DNA of 64,000 bases, taken from the NCBI GenBank assembly GCA_051294375.1, contig CM119269.1:5630050-5694049 (forward strand), given 5' to 3'. The translations under genes were made by a program, and so were the position numbers. Numbering within the stretch: the stretch's first letter is position 1; each line of letters opens with the position of its first letter. Of this stretch, positions 60,744-64,000 are shown one piece after another. The stretch comes from Paraspadella gotoi. Taxonomy: Eukaryota; Animalia; Chaetognatha. Under the pieces are notes generated by a model. That model made no database searches. It was not told the origin of the DNA and worked only from the letters and a program-made list of their open reading frames with translations.

Positions 60744-61634
60744 ATTTATTCATTTCCGTTAAAAGGCATCAGCGTGACGGCAGTGGCGCCAATCTCGTCG
60801 GCAGCGGCGTCCGCCGTCGGCTCCGACGGCGGCGGCTGCGGCGGCGGCTGCGGCGGCGGCGTCGGCAGTGACGACGAAAGCGTCATAGAATAAATAACAA
60901 CAACAATCTCGACGACGATCGAAAGAAAAAGACGAAAAAAAAACCGAAAAAAAAGTTTGAATATCGCAGGGGACGAATTGGTGACAGATTATATTGGAGT
61001 CGGACCAAGGAATCCGGAAAACGCCAATGATTAATAATTAATAATGAATGAGTGCGAAAAGAAAGAAAAAAATGATAAGATTAAAAATAAAAAAAGTGAA
61101 CCGACAACGACGTTTACGTTTTGAGACAACAATTAAAACTAAAAATAAAAACAAAACGACAAACGTTCACTTCTCAAAATTTTTTGCCACAATTGACAAT
61201 TTGAAACAAAAAGTGTCATGATGATTGATGATGTATAATTCGGTTTTAAGGACGTTACTATCATTATTATTATTATAAAAGACTTAATCAAACGGATAGC
61301 TTGATTGTTAATTTAAATTTATTAAATTTGTTTAATTTAAAAAAAAAATATGCAAGATTTTCTGCTATAGAAATGTCATCGAGATAGTTACTAAGGCTAA
61401 ATTTAATAAGATTTTATCATACTGTACGTACAAAATCACGCATCTCATTGAATTTTTAAAGAAAAAAAAAATGTGTTATCATTCTAGGAAATAAAATTTG
61501 TTAATTTTCAGAAATAAAAAAAAGACTACGGACTGCGATCGGATGAATGACCTCTATCGGAGAAGCTACGCAGAGGGGAAGCTTCCGCTAGAGGGCGCTC
61601 TGGGCGACGCGATGACGTCGACGGCGCCGCCGAT

Positions 61635-61665
<31 letters not shown>

Positions 61666-62289
61666 AGAAGGCGACGACCGACGAACATTAGGTTAAACTG
61701 AAGGAAAAGGGAAAATAAAAGGAAAAGGAAAAGGGGAAAAAGGAAAAGGAAAAGGGAAAAAAAAAAAAAAAGGGAAGTGAGAAAATGCGAAAAAAAAAAA
61801 CCGATTTGAAAAAGATAAAAAGTTGGCGAATATCGTTTGTCGATTTCATTCAAATATAAAATCTAAAATAAAATAAAAAATCTATTTTCAAATCTAAAAG
61901 ATGTACAGAGAAACAACGTAAGCTTAAGATTTAGTCAATAAAACGTTAAGATCATTGGACCCCCCCAGTAGGTTATACTGGCAATAATAAGATAAAAAAA
62001 GTGAGATCCCGCTGTGCTGACTGCTCAGCCGGTATTAAAACCAAATGCTTCTGTAATTCGTCTATGACTACGGCGTGAGACTGCCCACGGCCACGCCCAC
62101 GGCGGATTTGTGAAAATTTATACAGTTTAAATTAAACAACATTAGTTTCTAGGGTGACCCCGCCTCAAAAATAAAAATAGAATTCACAGTATTACGACCT
62201 TTAAACCCAAAAGGGACGCACAGTTTCCCTGTTGACAAAATTCTAGGGACCCTTGAGGGAGGGTGATCGCTTCGAGTAAGGAAATGAAA

Positions 62290-62370
<81 letters not shown>

Positions 62371-62487
62371 GGACATTCGATGACGTCAGCTATTTTGAAG
62401 TCGTCACAGTCAAAAGCTTCGGCGTCAAAATCGTTTCCGACGAACAACATTTTCTCGTCATAAACGTTTCTCCCTGCGGCGACATAA

Positions 62488-62530
<43 letters not shown>
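55791..62530 (+). repeat. Copy E; the middle part (~57400-60650) is extremely indel-rich
   Basis: Colinear with ~46495-48396 plus copy D; microsatellites appear scrambled by insertions, as in uncorrected long reads. Confidence 0.88.
61585..61598 (+). promoter_or_regulatory. CTCF-like motif CCGCTAGAGGGCGC (also 54820-54833)
   Basis: Close match to the bilaterian CTCF consensus CCASYAGRKGGCRS; motif only. Confidence 0.3.
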
Positions 62531-62534
<4 letters not shown>

Positions 62535-62878
62535 GTGTTCCCTATTTTTTTATACCCTCCTCCTAAGATAACTTAAGATTCGCTTTGTCTACCCTTACTT
62601 TCCCGACCTTTACTCTTCTTTAAGACGACGTGTCCTTCAAACGTTTTTCCCATCCCATCTCCCTCCTTCCTCTTCCATCCCACACCCTCTCTCCTTTCCT
62701 CCCCCTCCTCCCTCTTCTTCCTCCTCTTCCTCCCCGCCTCCCTCTTCCTCCCCCGCCTCCTCTTCGTCTGAAGCCTCCCCCGCTTCGACTGCCTCGATTT
62801 ATCCCCCGCGTTCTCCTCTTCCTTTTTCTCGAGGACCCGTTCGTTAGATGGCGCTCCTTTACTCCGCCCACTTCCGGT

Positions 62879-62948
<70 letters not shown>

Positions 62949-63064
62949 ATTATTTTTCATTCATACATTCCCATTCTCGATTCCTTCTTTCGTCTTCATA
63001 CATAAATTATGTATGTCAATTTCCATGTCAGTGACCATGTTTTCTCACTCCCTCTCTCTCCTCT

Positions 63065-63136
<72 letters not shown>

Positions 63137-63327
63137 TTCTCTCTCTACTGTGCTGCCCTCGCATCTGTGTACTTGGAAGGAAAGTTGCCCAGTATTTTTC
63201 CTCCCTCCTCTGTAAGCCACCTGTTTTTTTTCTCCTCCTTTGATCGTCCTCCTCCTCCCTCGTTTTCTCTCCTCCTCTCCTCCTCCTACTCCTCCCTCGC
63301 CCGCGCCTCCCACTCGCGCCTCTCTCT

Positions 63328-63398
<71 letters not shown>

Positions 63399-63827
63399 GC
63401 TATTCGTTCTCATTTTTGTCTCTCATCTCTTTCTCTCTCTCTGTTTTTTATTTTATTTTCTTTATTTTTTTTCTCGCTTTGGTCTCTCGCGCGTCGGTCT
63501 TCGTGCTCCGGATCGCGCACGCGCTCAACCTGCTCGGGCGCGGTTTTTTTTTTTCTTCTCTCTCGTGCTGTGATAAACTCGCGTGCCTCGACTCGCGCCG
63601 CTTATTTTTCATCTTTGATCACGCGAGAACGAAGGGTGTCCCCCAACAAGAATTTTTACCCAGTTCACAATCACATGAATGATTTTTTTTTCCCCTTTCC
63701 ATTGATAATTAACAAACAAAAAATTTTAAACCCTTTCTGCGCGTTAAAATAAGTTTATCCCGCCTACAAACGTGTCATCTTCTATTGTGACCCGGTGGAT
63801 CTTTGACCCTCAGGTGTTGAGATCGAT

Positions 63828-63887
63828 CCCTACCTACCTACCTACCTACCTACTTACCTACCTACTTACCTACCTACCTACCTACCT
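63828..63887. repeat. (CCTA)n microsatellite
   Basis: Direct reading. Confidence 0.9.
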
Positions 63888-64000
63888 CCCTATCGGTACC
63901 TACTCGCGTGATGACAGCCGTAAACTACCTTGTGGGCGGGAAAAACCTTCCAAGCCTGGTTCATGTCTGTTCTTTCATGTCTGTTCTTGTCTGTCCTTTT

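Noticed and set aside
31650-62530. Tandem rDNA, histone or snRNA cluster as explanation for the long repeat
   Set aside because: No rRNA, 5S, snRNA or histone sequence recognised in the unit.

Overview
Eukaryotic (animal, very likely invertebrate bilaterian) draft-genome scaffold. It is AT-rich, full of (AG)n/(GAC)n/(ATT)n microsatellites and N gaps. No prokaryotic features are present. Three protein-coding genes are supported. (1) A single-exon Olig-family bHLH transcription factor (12515-13786, +). (2) Tail-to-tail with it, a small Lys/Arg/Ser/Cys protamine-like gene built from ten 9-aa KKRSKSRCG repeats behind an acidic leader (14856-14374, -, two exons). (3) A multi-exon CIMAP2/LEXM (C1orf177) orthologue (about 21.2-28.0 kb, +) rebuilt by hand, with a GC-AG intron, one phase conflict and a tandemly repeated splice donor. 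From about 31.6 kb to 62.5 kb the same ~11 kb locus appears in several overlapping copies (one inverted). These are mostly separated by 25-N gaps and differ mainly by indels, so they are most likely gap-filling artefacts. One copy lacks a ~1.2 kb insertion and may be a second haplotype. Most ORFs in the supplied track are microsatellite or N-gap translations. Homology calls rest on recalled family sequences, not on database searches.
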